DNA of 64,000 nt from assembly GCF_964355755.1 (NCBI RefSeq), contig NC_092675.1:18944912-19008911 (forward strand), written 5' to 3'. Numbering within the stretch: position 1 is the stretch's first letter; every line of letters begins with the position of its first letter. Source of the DNA: Antedon mediterranea. Taxonomy: Eukaryota > Animalia > Echinodermata. The notes under the pieces were generated by a model, which did not search any database, was not told the origin of the DNA, and saw nothing but the letters and a program-made list of their open reading frames with translations. The translations under genes were made by a program, and so were the position numbers. Of the stretch, positions 60,901 to 64,000 are shown in pieces.

Positions 60901-61983
60901 TAGTTTGTTTTAATGTAGTAGGCATTTATGAGGCAGTCAATGCAACAGTATGTGTATGATTAATGTAGTAGGCATTTATGAGGCAGTCAATGCAACAGTA
61001 TGTGTATGATTAATATCCAAACAAGCTTGATAATTAATTGCAGGATAAAGAGTGAACAAAATATAATTACAGTAGTAACTACAGAATTATAGAATTCTCT
61101 ACCGGCCAAATTATTTTTTTTTTGTAAAATCAGACAAAACACCTTACAATAACATATAGTCTACTCGCACATTAAAGTTATTTTGTTTTTGCATTCATCA
61201 CCTGTTCTAATTCAATAGGATTAGTCAGTGGTCCCTAAACAGGAGCAAGTGATAACAACTAGGGACCCTCTAGACTGCAAGGTTGATATATCTGGTGCAC
61301 TTAATAAAGTTAAACAAATTGAAATCTAAAATAAAAATCATAGTGTGTGTATACTCTAGTACAGTTTCATATAACTTGGGTTTCTTCATAATTGAAATGC
61401 ATTGCTTTTAAAGTATAATAACTCTGACAAAACAAAATATATAAAATAAAGGATATATGATATAAGAATAGTTCATAACTAAAACTTAAAAACAAATTAA
61501 TACTATTTATAAATTGTGTTTATGATTTAATCTATGGCACACAATTTGACAACAAAAATTAAATCTATTAATAAATTACAAATTGTAGGGTATATTTATT
61601 ATTATTATTTTCCCTTTTAAATCAAATATCTTTTATTTTATTTGTAATACAAAGAAAAACAAATATTTAAAAATGAATTTTAATTTAAAGATATATGAAG
61701 TAAACTAAAGATGATCTACTATCTTGTTTGGGTAGGTGATTCTCTGGCATCCCACAATGGTAAACAATTTACAACGTATGATAGAGACAATGATAAGAGT
61801 AGTCGTAACTGTGCTGAGACATTCAAAGGTGGTTGGTGGTACGAAAACTGTCATTATTCAAACCTGAATGGGCTTTACCTTACACCAGGTACAGCTAATT
61901 ACACTGGCATCAACTGGAGGTATTTCCATAATAATAAAAACAGTCTCAAGAAGACAGTGATGATGGTTAAAAGAGCGCCATAA
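57921..61983 (+). CDS. Secreted PAN/Apple + fibrinogen C-terminal (FReD) protein; exons 57921-58217, 58434-58458, 58961-59094, 59503-59764, 61736-61983
   Basis: Signal peptide; CLLEC...CLSVNY...C; RDCSE, VYCE..GWTVIQRRQDGSVNFYRNW..YKEGFG..EFWLGNE; FTTYDRDND..CA..GGWWY..CH.SNLNG. Phases are consistent only when the 25-nt micro-exon is included. Confidence 0.92.
60909..61015 (+). repeat. Perfect 50-bp tandem duplication in an intron
   Basis: TTAATGTAGTAGGCATTTATGAGGCAGTCAATGCAACAGTATGTGTATGA occurs twice. Confidence 0.9.
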
Positions 61984-62164
61984 GAGAGTTGTCATGATTC
62001 AGACCTGAAAAGGCTTCATCTCACACAGCTGATTACAATGGCATCAACTGGGATCGCTATTTTTTATCAAAGACAACAGTGATGCTGGTTATAAGACCAC
62101 CATAACAAATCAGAATCTGTAGTTATTTAATAATTTAGATTCCTCTTTGTTTCTTTTAAATATC

Positions 62165-63500
62165 ATTTTGCCTTATCATTAAATTTTATTATAATAATCT
62201 CATATGTTTATATAACATTAATAATCAAATATATTGTCATATCAACTGTGATTTGTATTAAATTTATATATGGAATTTTTTATTTTGAATTTTAAATTAT
62301 ATAATAGTAACAATGAATGTTTTATTATTCATCTTTTTTAAATATTATACCAAATAATATATTCAAGTCATTCTGTAAAAAAATATTATTTTATTATTTA
62401 AAACTATGCTACAATACATAATAGTAACATTATTATTATCATGTTTTTATATAATAATAACAAATTGATATCTAATCATAAATCAGTATTTCCTATATTT
62501 TCATTAATTAATAATTAGTAGTGTTATAATCTAATATTTGCTGAAGTTCTTAAATGAATCTTGTTTTGAAATGATTAAAAATGAAATAAAAACTTACATT
62601 GAATGTAGGCCTACATAAATGTTGATGTATTTTCTAAGGTAAAGGCGAACGTATATAAACATTAAAAAGCAAATAAACTACTACAAAATTTAAGATCTAA
62701 ATCTTTGAATGTATTAGCGTAAAAAATCACTTTCAACTTCGCTACACATTCAAACCTAACTGGGTTTGACCTATTAACACCTAGATGTTCTGATAATAGA
62801 AATAAGGATATAGTCCTCTTTTATTTAGCCTTTTAGCTATTATACATTTGGCCTTATCATTAAATAATTATTTTATTATAATAAAAGCTAGTTATGTAAT
62901 CCAAATTGTATAACAAAATATATTGTCATATCAACTTTGATTTGTTTAAAATTTTATATATGGAATTTTTAATTTTGTATTTTGAATTATATAATAGTAA
63001 CAATGACTGTTTTATTATTAATCATTTTTAAATATTATACCTAATAATATATTCAAGTCATTCAGTAAAAAAATATTTTTTTATTTAAAACTATGCTACA
63101 ATACATAATAGTAACATTATCATTATTGCTTTTTAATTAATAAAATCAAATTGATACCTAATCATAAATCAGTATTTCCTATATTTTAATTAATGATATT
63201 CTAATTAATTATATTCTAGTAGTTTTAGGAGTATTTTCAATGCTGAAGTTTTTAAATTGAATCTTGTTTTGAATTGATTAAAAATTAAATAAAAACTTAC
63301 AATTAATGTAGGCCTACATGTTATATATCTTATTATATTGGTTTTGATCTAAGAAATTAGTGACATTAGCAAACACAAGTTGAATGCTTATTTATTTTCC
63401 ACGGTAAAAGTGAAAGTATTAAACATTAAAAAGCAAATAAACTACTACAAAATTTAGGAAAAACTCCAACTTTTTATGTAAAAAATCACTTTCAGCAAAA
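62165..63500 (+). repeat. Diverged ~680-bp tandem duplication of the FReD 3' flank
   Basis: 62165-62740 aligns by eye with 62845-63500. Confidence 0.8.
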
Positions 63501-64000
63501 ACAAAACTTTGATCAATTGTTTTTGTATGAATTTTAATTTATGAATCTGCTTGATACTTTGATGTTTGTATGTTAGTTATACACATTGTTGTTACTGCAC
63601 ATATATGGGGTATCAAAATGACCGTAATGGTACCGGTTTTTTAAATCATCCGAGTATGGGATGTGATTAAAGAGGGGTGGAGGTTGGTGAGTACAGGGAG
63701 ATACTGGCGTCCGGGGGTTATGAGACGTATCAAATTAGTCGGAATTGTACTAAGGCAGGTATAATAAAAGTGCATACCAATTGAAAAGTAGTATATAAGT
63801 TATTGATTTACCATTCACGCCAATTATGTATCTTGAAAAATTGTGATACACCATTATGATTCTTGACTTGAAAGCAGTGTTAGATATTGTTGCTTGAGAG
63901 ATGTCCAGCTACATTTTGCAGTGATTTTATACAGTGTACTTCTGTCATAGTTACGTACAATATTTGATGTTTTGCAGAATTATACTAGCTGTTTAAATAA

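Overview
AT-rich, intron-containing animal DNA, probably a marine invertebrate (inferred from the lectin/FReD domain repertoire and TE spectrum). It is not prokaryotic and contains no CRISPR array. Host genes assembled by hand from splice sites: (1) an intact 5-exon secreted F5/8C + C-type lectin + PAN/Apple gene (-, 12571-22169) and its tandem pseudogenised paralogue (5174-11294); (2) a 9-exon SLC25A16 mitochondrial carrier (+, 24403-31007); (3) a 5-exon PAN + fibrinogen-related (FReD) gene (+, 57921-61983). The rest is mostly mobile DNA: a BEL/Pao LTR element with an in-frame RT deletion, a Gypsy element with both LTRs and a tRNA-Trp PBS, L1/Tx1 and CR1/L2 LINE relics, Helentron/DINE-like elements, Kolobok, Harbinger and Academ derivatives, and MITEs. 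A DIRS/Ngaro-type tyrosine-recombinase retrotransposon has its gag split by a five-level TE nest. Two observations stand out. First, a 6.9-kb array of 182-bp monomers, each carrying a 22-codon Kozak-context micro-ORF with a hand-counted excess of synonymous variants, several hairpins, and an 11-mer higher-order repeat. Second, the YR retrotransposon is bracketed by a complete Pol III tRNA-like gene (anticodon ATC) on the left and a duplicate of that tRNA's 3' end plus trailer on the right, an att-like layout.
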